The position numbers were made by a program, and so were the translations under genes. DNA of 64,000 bases, taken from an uncultured virus (IMG/VR IMGVR_UViG_3300028844_005666) (taxonomy: Duplodnaviria; Heunggongvirae; Uroviricota; Caudoviricetes). Below are positions 9,421 to 19,170 of the stretch, piece by piece (within the stretch, counting starts at the first letter, position 1; each line of letters opens with the position of its first letter). The notes beneath the pieces were generated by a model. The model saw nothing but the letters and a program-made list of their open reading frames with translations. It made no database searches and was not told the DNA's origin. The stretch lies in the IMG/VR virus record IMGVR_UViG_3300028844_005666; one strand, 5' to 3'.

Positions 9421-10055
9421 AACCATTACAAAAAATACAATTAGGTAAAGTAACTCTCTGGGAAAGAAAAGACCCTGATATTAATAATGATATGAAAAGA
9501 GAAGACTTAGTTACTGAATGTAAATTCGATTGGTTAGATATTGAAGCTCTTAAATTAGAATTCGATCAAACTGAGATGAAACCTTTTGAGCATCCTCTCA
9601 AAGAGAAATGTAAAGCTGAAAATAGCTGGTTTGAATATACACCTAATTGGCATACATATAAATTTACAAATGATATGTCTCAGTATACAGATACAAATCC
9701 TGAAACTGTTAAGTGTACTATGATACTTAGATATATTTTAGATAACAAAAGAGTAGTACCAAAATATTTTAAACAAATAGCAGGCAGTGACTTACCTTGG
9801 CATTCTGATCCTTTAGGTTCATGTGCGATAAATGTAGCTTTAGAAGACGATACAGCTAACTTAGAATACTTAGGAAACATGGCTGGTGATCCTGATGTTC
9901 ACTTTAACTATAGAATAGGATTACTTAATACAGTTCCAAGACATAGAGTGCAGCCCTTTCATCAAGATAGAAGAACTGCTAAGTTCCAAGTATTTGATAT
10001 GGACTATAATATAGTTAGAGAAAAGTTAATAGAGAACAATGCAGTTTTATCTTAA
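9408..10055 (+). CDS. 2OG-Fe(II) oxygenase-like protein
   Basis: LPWHSD..CAIN, LLNT..RHRV...R. Confidence 0.7.
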   Translation: MSTVEPLQKIQLGKVTLWERKDPDINNDMKREDLVTECKFDWLDIEALKLEFDQTEMKPFEHPLKEKCKAENSWFEYTPNWHTYKFTNDMSQYTDTNPETVKCTMILRYILDNKRVVPKYFKQIAGSDLPWHSDPLGSCAINVALEDDTANLEYLGNMAGDPDVHFNYRIGLLNTVPRHRVQPFHQDRRTAKFQVFDMDYNIVREKLIENNAVLS

Positions 10056-11079
10056 AGACATACCCGAAGACGAAATAATACATTATTATATTAAAAAGCA
10101 TTCAGGCTTTTATGATGCTATTCGTAAGTTTGATAAGTATGATTATTCTAAACCTTGTATAAAAGAACTTGATAATAAAGTTATAGATAATTTATGGACT
10201 GCTTGTAAAGAAGCATATGCTGAATATGGTTGGTATGGTTTTTTTAAAGGTAATATTATAGAAGGTAATCAAGAAAGAGCTAAGAACTATGGTGGGTTAT
10301 CTTTAACTTATAATCCTAACCATTGGCAAGCTGATAACTTACCTGTTAATGCTCAAACTTTAGGTGAGGTAAGGTACAACTTAGGTACTCTTTTCGAAGA
10401 TGAAAGAGGTAAAAAGATATGGGATGATCTAGTCCATGCAAATAAAAGAACTACATTTTATGAGATAATAGGCAAGTATACTTTAGATGCAGGTTTATTA
10501 TATCTAAAAGAAGAAGGTTTTGTCAATCAATTAGAATATAAAGAACTTTGTAAAAGACATTTTGATCATAAGAACAACCCTATAGCAGCTAAGCAACAAG
10601 GTCGCAACACTTACAGTGATACATTCGCTTACTGTAAAAGAACTCCCGCGTCTATGCACGGCTATCTAGGTACATTTATAGACTCTACACCATTTTCTAT
10701 AGTTCGTAGTAGAATGGTTACATTAAAATATCCAGGTTATGTTCATTGGCATGATGATGAAAACATCTTTATTAACACTAGAATTAATATTCCTATCAAT
10801 GCAGATATAAAATGCAAGTTACATATTAATACAGAAGAAAATACTTTCCATAATGATCCAGGTTATATGTATTGTTGGAATACAGAGAATCCTCATAAGG
10901 TAAGTATAAGCGAAGGTACAGGACAAAGAACTGCTATAGTATTAGGATTAGCTCCTTGGTTTGAATTCAACGAAGAAGAGCAATGTTGGTTTACTAACGA
11001 GTACTTTGGTAAGGTACATCCATTTGAATTATTTGAAGAAGGCGTTTTCTTAGATGAAAAATCTTATACCATTAGTTAA
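10039..11079 (+). CDS. AspH-like 2OG-Fe(II) oxygenase with long N-terminal region
   Basis: VRSRM...WHDDE...RINIPI...WNTENPHKV...RTAIV. Confidence 0.7.
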   Translation: MQFYLKDIPEDEIIHYYIKKHSGFYDAIRKFDKYDYSKPCIKELDNKVIDNLWTACKEAYAEYGWYGFFKGNIIEGNQERAKNYGGLSLTYNPNHWQADNLPVNAQTLGEVRYNLGTLFEDERGKKIWDDLVHANKRTTFYEIIGKYTLDAGLLYLKEEGFVNQLEYKELCKRHFDHKNNPIAAKQQGRNTYSDTFAYCKRTPASMHGYLGTFIDSTPFSIVRSRMVTLKYPGYVHWHDDENIFINTRINIPINADIKCKLHINTEENTFHNDPGYMYCWNTENPHKVSISEGTGQRTAIVLGLAPWFEFNEEEQCWFTNEYFGKVHPFELFEEGVFLDEKSYTIS

Positions 11080-11542
11080 ATTTTTAAGTGATAAAGATAT
11101 AGATACATTATTAAATTATTCTAAAACTGCTAAGTGGAAAGAACATTATAGTACAAAGACAGGTGTTAAAACACCTTTAGAGTTCACTCCAGTCACACAA
11201 GAAGTTTTAGATATATTAGAAGATAGTCCTATAGATAATTTAAAGAAAAATAAAAATATAAAGATGATGTTAAGTAGATTACAACCTGATAGTATACAGG
11301 ATTGGCATACAGATGGCAAGCAAAATAAAAGATCTAGTGTTGTTATTCATCCGTTAACTAAAAATTATGCTCCTTTATATACTAGAAATAATATGAGTGA
11401 TGGTCCTGTAATTTTAAATACTTTAGAAGAACATAAAATAGTTAATAACGATAATTTAAGAATTAACTTTCAGATATGTTACGACGAAGATATTGAAGAG
11501 GTAAAAAGTAAATGGATAGGTTATCAAAAATCTATGATGTAG
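11054..11542 (+). CDS. 2OG-Fe(II) oxygenase-like protein
   Basis: WHTDG, LNTLEEHKIVN..RINFQ. Confidence 0.7.
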   Translation: MKNLIPLVKFLSDKDIDTLLNYSKTAKWKEHYSTKTGVKTPLEFTPVTQEVLDILEDSPIDNLKKNKNIKMMLSRLQPDSIQDWHTDGKQNKRSSVVIHPLTKNYAPLYTRNNMSDGPVILNTLEEHKIVNNDNLRINFQICYDEDIEEVKSKWIGYQKSMM

Positions 11543-11979
11543 AAAGAATAAAAGCTGAATTACATCAAGTAGTAACTCAACATGGTTGGTTTGAAGGTAA
11601 TCAAATTAGTTTACAATCTCCTACAGACGATTGGCATTATGGCTGCGGTTGGGTAGCTGATAAACCTGATAGTTATTTCAATGCTATTAATACAGATGAT
11701 AGTTGGGAAATAACAAGATTCATAAAAGATTATAACTTAGTTAGAACTAGAGTTATGTTAATGCACCCTAAGACTTGTTATACGTATCATAAAGATAGAA
11801 CACCTAGAGTTCATTTAGCTGTAAATACTCATGAACATTGTTTTCATGTAACTGGTGATAAAGCAGAACATGTACCTGCTAATGGTCATGCATATAGGTT
11901 AGATACTACTGTAGGACATACAGCTATGAATTGTACTAAAAATGTTAAACGTATTCACTTGGTTGGTTGCCAAGAGTAG
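11512..11979 (+). CDS. AspH-like 2OG-Fe(II) oxygenase
   Basis: RTRVMLM...YHKD..PRVHL...DTTVGHTAMN...RIHLV. Confidence 0.75.
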   Translation: MDRLSKIYDVERIKAELHQVVTQHGWFEGNQISLQSPTDDWHYGCGWVADKPDSYFNAINTDDSWEITRFIKDYNLVRTRVMLMHPKTCYTYHKDRTPRVHLAVNTHEHCFHVTGDKAEHVPANGHAYRLDTTVGHTAMNCTKNVKRIHLVGCQE

Positions 11980-12524
11980 TGTACTAATTTTACTTCACCG
12001 TCTTGAATAAATGTGTCTTGTACCGCTCGTTGAACCCAGGCTTCTGAAACTGTGATAACTTTGAGGCGACGTCTTGCTGAGTCTTCGACAAAGTATTGTT
12101 CTCCGTTGACGGGTCCAACTGTCGTCTTATTTCTAATATATTTTGTCGAATAATACTCAGGTTTAGATCTGTATTTTTCGACGATGTATTTGCAGTCTCT
12201 AGGGTAGTATTTATAGAAACCACCATTGATTTTATATCTTTCATTGTGTGTATCTCTCCACCAGGCTGGTATACTTAAAAATTCTCCTCTATTGATAGGG
12301 TAATTAAATAACTCCATATAATCATTATGTAATTCAATATCAACATCTATTACGCATATAGGTTCGTTTATGTCTAATTCCATAAACCTTAATTTATTCC
12401 ATTGCAGAATAAAAGGATGTTCTTCTTTATTTAGAAATTCAATGCTTGGTAATTTATTTTTTAAATAGGTTTCATATTCAGGACCGTACTTGGTACCTAC
12501 CCTAACTGCATATACTTTGACCAT
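11955..12524 (-). CDS. Glycosyltransferase-like protein (GT-A)
   Basis: GTKYGPEY, WNKL, IDVDI (DxD), INGG. Confidence 0.6.
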   Translation of the reverse strand: MVKVYAVRVGTKYGPEYETYLKNKLPSIEFLNKEEHPFILQWNKLRFMELDINEPICVIDVDIELHNDYMELFNYPINRGEFLSIPAWWRDTHNERYKINGGFYKYYPRDCKYIVEKYRSKPEYYSTKYIRNKTTVGPVNGEQYFVEDSARRRLKVITVSEAWVQRAVQDTFIQDGEVKLVHYSWQPTK

Positions 12525-13060
12525 GGACCATCCTCTAACATTTTTTCGCCAGCTTGATTAAAAATTATAACAGGCCACTTTTCATCAAAACCATGCCAGT
12601 TGTAACTTGTACAGACAGGATCATAAGTTTCATACACCATATCTAATTCGTAAATATATTGATCTATGCCTTTATAATTTAACATATAATAATCTGAGTT
12701 AGCTGCAAATGTGTTATAATAAAAACTATAGTCACCTTTCCAAGACATTATAGATGAATTTAATGGAGTATGATGAGCAGTTCTCCACCAAGCATGTAGT
12801 AAAGTAAAGTTATCTCTTACCAAGTGTTCGACATTATCTTTTATACAAACATCTAAATCGAAATATAAGTAAGGACCGTTTTTAAAGTCTCTAAATAATT
12901 GAAGTTTATTCCACACGCCATCATATTGCTCATCTCTTATTATGTGTATTTTATCATACCTAGTACCAGTATTAGATAACATATAAACTATATTATCAAC
13001 ATATTTTTCTGAATATTTGTTTCCAGTATTAACTAATAATATGTCTAGTAAGGTTCCCAA
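12497..13060 (-). CDS. Glycosyltransferase-like protein (GT-A)
   Basis: GNKYSEKYV, WNKLQLF, YFDLDV, NSSIMSW, GIDQY. Confidence 0.7.
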   Translation of the reverse strand: MGTLLDILLVNTGNKYSEKYVDNIVYMLSNTGTRYDKIHIIRDEQYDGVWNKLQLFRDFKNGPYLYFDLDVCIKDNVEHLVRDNFTLLHAWWRTAHHTPLNSSIMSWKGDYSFYYNTFAANSDYYMLNYKGIDQYIYELDMVYETYDPVCTSYNWHGFDEKWPVIIFNQAGEKMLEDGPWSKYMQLG

Positions 13061-13380
13061 TTATCCGTCTCATCATCATGCCACCCCATTGCTAATTTTA
13101 CATCATCGCTTACTCTTGACATATCAAATGGAGGATCAAAAGTAGTAATAACTTCACAATCTTTTACACCAGGAGAGTTAATTACTGCTTTCTTTATTTC
13201 TTTTATTATCCAATCGGCTGCAGGACAAAAAGCAGAAGTTAATGTATGTGTTAGAGTCACAAAGGGTAATTTTTCTAAATTGATATCGTATATTAAACCT
13301 AAGTCATATATGTTAATAGATATTTCAGGGTCGTAAACTTCTTTTAGTCTACTTATTATTTGTTCTTTAATTACTTCCAT
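13045..13380 (-). CDS. DUF59/SufT/PaaD-like Fe-S cluster assembly protein
   Basis: LKEVYDPEISINIYDLGLIY...LTSAFCP...FDPP. Confidence 0.9.
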   Translation of the reverse strand: MEVIKEQIISRLKEVYDPEISINIYDLGLIYDINLEKLPFVTLTHTLTSAFCPAADWIIKEIKKAVINSPGVKDCEVITTFDPPFDMSRVSDDVKLAMGWHDDETDNWEPY

Positions 13381-13997
13381 TTTCCTACCACTATAAATCT
13401 TCTATAATCTTCGAACCATATTCTATCACCATGTAGCATATGAATATCATTATCTTTAGCTAACTGAACAGCACTCTCTTTACAATTAATATGATCTGGT
13501 TCATCTACTTTATCATTACTAGTAATCATAAGTAGAGTTCTTTCTGGTGCTATGAATACTTTTTTCATATTACCAAAGTCGTCCATATGCTCACAACTAG
13601 TATTAATAATTATATGAGCTCTTCTTTCGTTTGTATCTTCAAACCAATCTTGATTGAATATATTAATTTCAAAAGCTGGTTTAAATATATCTATATACTT
13701 TCTTAGTACAGTGCAAGCGAAATCATCTAATTCATAAAAATTAATTTTTCTTATTGGTATATCTAAAAACTTAACTAACATACCTATAAGAGGCCAACCA
13801 AACCAGCCTCCTACTATCTCTATAGTTACTTCACCATTCTCATCTGTAGGTATAACTATATTTTTATTTTTAAGACCATAAAATAATTGTTGTTTAGATT
13901 TCTGTTGATTCTCAGATACTGATTGAACGAATCTATCTATCTTATCCGGATGATTATAATAGAACCACTTAAGCATATTAGCGTATTCAATTTGCAT
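13371..13997 (-). CDS. Class I SAM-dependent methyltransferase-like protein
   Basis: IVGGWFG glycine loop, FYELD, INTSCEHM. Confidence 0.6.
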   Translation of the reverse strand: MQIEYANMLKWFYYNHPDKIDRFVQSVSENQQKSKQQLFYGLKNKNIVIPTDENGEVTIEIVGGWFGWPLIGMLVKFLDIPIRKINFYELDDFACTVLRKYIDIFKPAFEINIFNQDWFEDTNERRAHIIINTSCEHMDDFGNMKKVFIAPERTLLMITSNDKVDEPDHINCKESAVQLAKDNDIHMLHGDRIWFEDYRRFIVVGKWK

Positions 13998-14403
13998 TAC
14001 TACCCTTTACTATGTACCACTTATCTATATTATAGTTAAAATCTACTTTAGTTATTTCGTTATCGAGAATAATTTGATCACAACTAGTTGTAGGGTTACA
14101 ATCGCCATTATGCTGATCGTTATCTCCTATAACAATCATATCACCTTTATATACTTTACCTATAGGATAGTGCTTTTCAGTATTAAAATCAACTACTAAT
14201 TCGTTAAAGGTTATATTATCGAATATAGCATCTCTTGGATTCTCAAACTTAGGATCATAATCTACAACGTCTAGATCTATTCCTAATCCTTTGACTTCTC
14301 TTATTAATCGTGGTCTCTCATTACTAGCTATAAAAGTTACTGATTCATAACCTCCATCTATAATAGCATTTAGTAATAACTTTTCCACATCTCTTCTGCC
14401 CAT
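13987..14403 (-). CDS. Hypothetical protein, possibly a degenerate methyltransferase fold
   Basis: VVDYDP, FNTEKH, HNGDCN loosely echo the neighbouring gene. Confidence 0.4.
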   Translation of the reverse strand: MGRRDVEKLLLNAIIDGGYESVTFIASNERPRLIREVKGLGIDLDVVDYDPKFENPRDAIFDNITFNELVVDFNTEKHYPIGKVYKGDMIVIGDNDQHNGDCNPTTSCDQIILDNEITKVDFNYNIDKWYIVKGSNAN

Positions 14404-15095
14404 CCTTTTGCCTCATCTAATTCAAATGCTTGCTCTGTTATACCTTTGTTATAAAGTATATGTGAAGTATTGAATATACTCATCCTACCTTTTTTCTGAA
14501 ACCACTCTCTATTGTAGTTACTTACTATACCTTCATCCCAGAAATCCATCAACCCTTTTCTATGAGCTTGATAAAATAAAAACTTATCTAAAGACTTATA
14601 AGTGAAGAAAGCTTTTTCTTCGTTATCTTTAAGTAAGTTGTATAAGTATCTACCTTTATCACCTTCCCACATAACGAAAGAAGAATTGACATGACATGAT
14701 ACACCTTTACCATACCATCTTTCAGATCTCTCTTTATAATTGTTCCAGTAGTTCCATATAAATTTAGGTCTAGGAAAATCTAAATCTAATAAATCATCTA
14801 TATTTGAATGTATAAGTATATCTAAATCTAACCAACAATTTTTACCTTCTACGAATTTGTCGAATAAGACGAGTTTTTCTCTTGTAAAGATTTGATTTTT
14901 TGGATGAGGAAAAGGATCGAAGCTGGTATAATCGATACAATTGATACTAGAATCAATCCCGTGAAAATTATCAGAAATAAGATTAAGTACGAAAGACTTA
15001 CTACAGTGGTGCCGTAAAGAACCGTAAAGTCTGTTGACGTATTCCGGGCCATATTTTTCTCCCCATTTAAATGTATAGAAGTTTATTTCGGCCAT
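14370..15095 (-). CDS. Glycosyltransferase-like protein (GT-A)
   Basis: KWGEKYGPEYVNRL, WLDLDI, NSSFVMW. Confidence 0.7.
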   Translation of the reverse strand: MAEINFYTFKWGEKYGPEYVNRLYGSLRHHCSKSFVLNLISDNFHGIDSSINCIDYTSFDPFPHPKNQIFTREKLVLFDKFVEGKNCWLDLDILIHSNIDDLLDLDFPRPKFIWNYWNNYKERSERWYGKGVSCHVNSSFVMWEGDKGRYLYNLLKDNEEKAFFTYKSLDKFLFYQAHRKGLMDFWDEGIVSNYNREWFQKKGRMSIFNTSHILYNKGITEQAFELDEAKGWAEEMWKSYY

Positions 15096-16138
15096 AGTGC
15101 ATGACCAGTACCTAATTTACGTTTAGGTATTTTACTATCTGCAGATGATACACAAGTATCTGTAGAACATATTTTAGGGCCGTCAAACAATTTAAATCCT
15201 TTATGAATATAACCTAAAGGTTTATCATTACAACTATAGCTTCTTTTTACGCTACCGTCTGGCTCTCTAATAATTATAGATCTATAACCTGATGAACATT
15301 CCCAACCTTTAAATCTATTAAAGTTAAAAGCATTAAATCTCTCAGCTTGATCCATCCACCATTCTTTTCCTTTACTGTCTTTCATGACAACTTGAAAAAT
15401 TTGTTTACCGTCTATATTCTGAGGCATACCGTTATGAAGCAACTCTAACATTTCATCAGTGTAACCATCCACAACAAATGAAGCAGTAGGGTCTGATTGA
15501 GGTTTAAGTGTAACGTTAATATCTTTTTCAGCAAAGTATTGAGCATCTTCCCAACATTGCCAGAATGTATCAACTAACATAACTTGATTAATAGTTAATT
15601 TAACTCCATTGTCTTGTAAATAAACTAACTTGTCTCTAAACTCTTCTAACTTAGCTTCAGTGTTAACATGCTCTCTATGACAAGAAGCTGTAATAGAAGC
15701 TCTTTGAAATTTATTAGCTGATTTAAGATATCTATCCCACCAAGGTCCTTTCCTTGATAAGTTAGTTGTCATATGTATTGAAGTATAATTGCAATTATCA
15801 GCGTCATCAGCAAGATGCTCGAGTATTTCCAAATACCCTGGATGAAAAGTAGGTTCACCGCCACTAAGTGAAAAATGAAATGAATTAAACCCATTGTCCC
15901 TCGCTTGTCTTTTTATTTCGTCTATAGTCATTAAACATAATTCAGTATCTCTATGATCTTTAGTTCTACTTGAAGCATAAGGCCAGCAATATGAACATGA
16001 ATAATTACAAAATCTTCCTAGTAGCCATGATACAGTAAACAGGTCTTTAACTACCATACTATGCTGACCTACCATTTCTATATCTTCAAATGGTATAGCA
16101 TTAAAATCATAATCACTGAGAGTTGAAATAGAATTCAT
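15083..16138 (-). CDS. Radical SAM enzyme
   Basis: CNYSCSYC, SGGEPT, C-terminal Cys cluster. Confidence 0.92.
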   Translation of the reverse strand: MNSISTLSDYDFNAIPFEDIEMVGQHSMVVKDLFTVSWLLGRFCNYSCSYCWPYASSRTKDHRDTELCLMTIDEIKRQARDNGFNSFHFSLSGGEPTFHPGYLEILEHLADDADNCNYTSIHMTTNLSRKGPWWDRYLKSANKFQRASITASCHREHVNTEAKLEEFRDKLVYLQDNGVKLTINQVMLVDTFWQCWEDAQYFAEKDINVTLKPQSDPTASFVVDGYTDEMLELLHNGMPQNIDGKQIFQVVMKDSKGKEWWMDQAERFNAFNFNRFKGWECSSGYRSIIIREPDGSVKRSYSCNDKPLGYIHKGFKLFDGPKICSTDTCVSSADSKIPKRKLGTGHALWPK

Positions 16139-16883
16139 ATTGCTGCTCTCCTATTGTATTTTTTATTACATCTTTATTAATAGTATTCTTAATTTTGCTT
16201 TCAATTATTTTATATTCTTTTTCAGCATTTTCTGCTCTAAATGACATTCTATCTAATTTTTCTTTATAGTCAATATCGTATTCCATTTCTTTTAACTTTT
16301 GATGTACTCTAGCTAACATTTTAGATACTCTTCCATAAGGAGGGGATTGTAGATAAGCAAAAGGGTCTCTATTAATTCTTAAAGCATCAAGACCTACTAC
16401 CCATAATTTACCTTTTTTATCTATCAAAGCTCTTTCGTCAAAGTAATCATTTAATCCCATATACATCATACCTTGATGAGGATTAGTCGATCCTTTATCT
16501 TTATACATTTCTTTAATATAAGGAGCTCCAACAGTGTAAATCATATAAGGTACAAAATTAAAAGCCCAAAAATAATATTCAACAACTTGACTTACTGATG
16601 TATTAATAATAGGGTGTTTATATTCTGTACCAAAGTAATGACTAGCTTGCATAGCGTTAGGTATAAATTTATAAGCAACTTGAGCAGTTGAACCTTGTCT
16701 TTCCCATGCAAGTAATTTAGGAAAAAAATCTAACTTATCAATATACTCTTTCATAAATTCTTTTTGCATATCAAATTTACGTATTTGATTATCGGTATGT
16801 AATTGGTATCGTTTAGCACAGTAACCTTTTTTCTCATTTATTTCTAATAAGTTTAATTTAATTTCATTCCATTTGTCTGGCAT
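16113..16883 (-). CDS. Hypothetical protein, possibly a degenerate kinase fold
   Basis: FPKLL...YKFIP and LIDKKGKLWVVGLD resemble APH-type kinases, but catalytic residues are altered. Confidence 0.4.
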   Translation of the reverse strand: MPDKWNEIKLNLLEINEKKGYCAKRYQLHTDNQIRKFDMQKEFMKEYIDKLDFFPKLLAWERQGSTAQVAYKFIPNAMQASHYFGTEYKHPIINTSVSQVVEYYFWAFNFVPYMIYTVGAPYIKEMYKDKGSTNPHQGMMYMGLNDYFDERALIDKKGKLWVVGLDALRINRDPFAYLQSPPYGRVSKMLARVHQKLKEMEYDIDYKEKLDRMSFRAENAEKEYKIIESKIKNTINKDVIKNTIGEQQYEFYFNSQ

Positions 16884-16884
16884 A

Positions 16885-17907
16885 TTAACTCCACTGCGCT
16901 GTAAAAGGGTCGAATACCTTATTACATTTTATAGCGCATACTTCTAATTTGTTTTCACCTTGCCAAGCTCTTTCAATAGATTCTAAAAAACCTGATTCCA
17001 TAACTTCTTTAGTAGAAGTTTCTAATGCTGATATATTATACTTCTTTATATGGTCCCATATTTGTGTAGACTCTTTAGGTAAATACCACTTATACATTTG
17101 ACCTGCTGTCCAACAACAAGGTAAAATAAAACCTTCAGCACTTATATACAGTTCTTTTTTTTCTACACACTTAGGACAAACTTTTTCTTCTTTAATTATT
17201 TTTTTAATATCAAAATCTTTTTGTAGCTCTTTATTTCTCCACTTAGGATTTGTAGGTTCAGATAATAAAGAACTTAAACCTTTTCTAAAAACTGCTTGAT
17301 GTTTAGTTTTTCTTTCTTGATTAGCTGTAATATATCTACCTGACTTCTTAGGTATAAATTTATTAACACCTAATAACTTAGAATACTTTTCTGCTTCTTC
17401 TACTTGGTGTTCATTGTAATTAAAAACTAAAAAAGTCCAATCAGCTTTGCCTCCTGCAGAAGTAAATGCATCTAAGTTCTCTTCTACATGCTGCCATTTT
17501 ACTCCTTGTCTATAATGATGATTAGTATCTTCTAAACCATCTATAGAAAAATTAACATGTACATCGTATTGAGCTAATTCTTCCCACCATTCAACTTTTC
17601 TAGCTCCACCGTTAGTAGTCATACCTAGTTTAAGATAAGGATTGCATTCTCTTAGATACTTAAACATTTCTAAACATTCAGGAGCAAAGATAGGATCACC
17701 ATGATTACCACACATGTATAATGTATTGAGTTGCTGTACAAATTCTTTAGGTAGTATGTGCTTAACTTGATCTGCTGTAAGAGACTTATTTTTTAAGAAC
17801 TGGTTTACATCACCTCCGTTTTTATTTCTATCACACATAGGGCAAGATGCTTGACAGAGTTGAGTAGGCTCTAAGTGTATTTGTCTTATATCTTCATACT
17901 TATACAT
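16885..17907 (-). CDS. Radical SAM enzyme with C-terminal SPASM/twitch-like domain
   Basis: CQASCPMC, SIDG, LPCCW...C...C. Confidence 0.92.
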   Translation of the reverse strand: MYKYEDIRQIHLEPTQLCQASCPMCDRNKNGGDVNQFLKNKSLTADQVKHILPKEFVQQLNTLYMCGNHGDPIFAPECLEMFKYLRECNPYLKLGMTTNGGARKVEWWEELAQYDVHVNFSIDGLEDTNHHYRQGVKWQHVEENLDAFTSAGGKADWTFLVFNYNEHQVEEAEKYSKLLGVNKFIPKKSGRYITANQERKTKHQAVFRKGLSSLLSEPTNPKWRNKELQKDFDIKKIIKEEKVCPKCVEKKELYISAEGFILPCCWTAGQMYKWYLPKESTQIWDHIKKYNISALETSTKEVMESGFLESIERAWQGENKLEVCAIKCNKVFDPFTAQWS

Positions 17908-18442
17908 ACATTAACCTTGTACTAAATCTCATTTGATTCATAATAAAATTATTCAAATCAAGTCTTGCATGCCTAAAAAAGCCATCTGGTTCAATTAGTC
18001 TTAAGTTTAATAATTCTTTTTTAGTTCCTTTTGTTGAAACTGTAGACGGGTAAACATCTCTAGTTTGTAATAGCATATTAGTAGGGTTCATATCTCCATG
18101 AACAAAGTAGTGGCCATATTCATTATAATATGTTAGACTACCTCTCATTAATTCGTAATAGTATAATAGTACTGCATTTAATTCTTTCTTAGTACAAGTT
18201 CTAAAATGAACCGATTCACCTTTTACATACTCCATTACAATTCTATTAGATGTTACTTCATAAACTTCACATATAGAAGGAACTATTTCTCTGTATCTTT
18301 TATATCTCTCAAACCAAATATCACCTAATTGATTATTGTATAAAGCATGACCATGAATATCTTTTGCACCTTTAAAAGTTTTAATAACAATATCGTTATC
18401 TAATTCTACTTTCTGTATATCGTTTTCAGATAATAACATCAT
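17900..18442 (-). CDS. Protein-kinase-like/APH phosphotransferase
   Basis: IVMEYVKG, HGDMNPTNML, LIEPD. Confidence 0.65.
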   Translation of the reverse strand: MMLLSENDIQKVELDNDIVIKTFKGAKDIHGHALYNNQLGDIWFERYKRYREIVPSICEVYEVTSNRIVMEYVKGESVHFRTCTKKELNAVLLYYYELMRGSLTYYNEYGHYFVHGDMNPTNMLLQTRDVYPSTVSTKGTKKELLNLRLIEPDGFFRHARLDLNNFIMNQMRFSTRLMYV

Positions 18443-19170
18443 TGAGGTTTGCTACATTTCAATTCGGGGTTACCATATTCAAGCATTTCAAAGCCCCATT
18501 CTCTCTCAAAGCACCAAAAACATTTACCACAATGATGACCAGTAAAGTTATCTGGTTCTTCACAAGACCAAGTTAAAGGATATAGTTCTTCAAATACACC
18601 ATAATCTCTATAAGTTTGAGCTACACCTTTCTTATCAGTTTCATGAAACTGATCATTATATGAGAAGTCTTTTTTACCATTATGCCATTTAACTAAATCT
18701 TTATTGTATCCACTATTGACATCTCTATTAGGATCTCTTCTACATTCTCCTACTTGCTCATCATACCACTTATTAAACTCATCAGGAGGATTAGTAGTAG
18801 TTGCAGATACTAATGATTGAATTTTACTAGCGTCTTTTAACTCTGTTACTATATCTCTTTGTCCTTGAATATAACCTTTGGCTCTACTATAACCAGTTTC
18901 TGGGTCGTAAGTTAAAGAGCCATCTACATATCTTACAATATGTTCTACTGGCCACACACCTAACTTATTGCCTGTATATTCAATAACTTGTTGTGCATAA
19001 TAATTGTATAGTCTTTTACTAGTAGTAATAACTGTAACAGCATATAAGTCTATGTTCTTATCTTTTATAAAATCACATAAAGCATAATACATTATAGATG
19101 AGTCTGCGCCTCCTGATATTTTACACGCAACTCCTTTAGTTCCTTCTGGGAAGGTGAAACTAAGAGACAT
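18439..19170 (-). CDS. QueC-like PP-loop ATPase
   Basis: SGGADS PP-loop, TWSCE, HCGKCFWC.ER. Confidence 0.75.
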   Translation of the reverse strand: MSLSFTFPEGTKGVACKISGGADSSIMYYALCDFIKDKNIDLYAVTVITTSKRLYNYYAQQVIEYTGNKLGVWPVEHIVRYVDGSLTYDPETGYSRAKGYIQGQRDIVTELKDASKIQSLVSATTTNPPDEFNKWYDEQVGECRRDPNRDVNSGYNKDLVKWHNGKKDFSYNDQFHETDKKGVAQTYRDYGVFEELYPLTWSCEEPDNFTGHHCGKCFWCFEREWGFEMLEYGNPELKCSKPQ

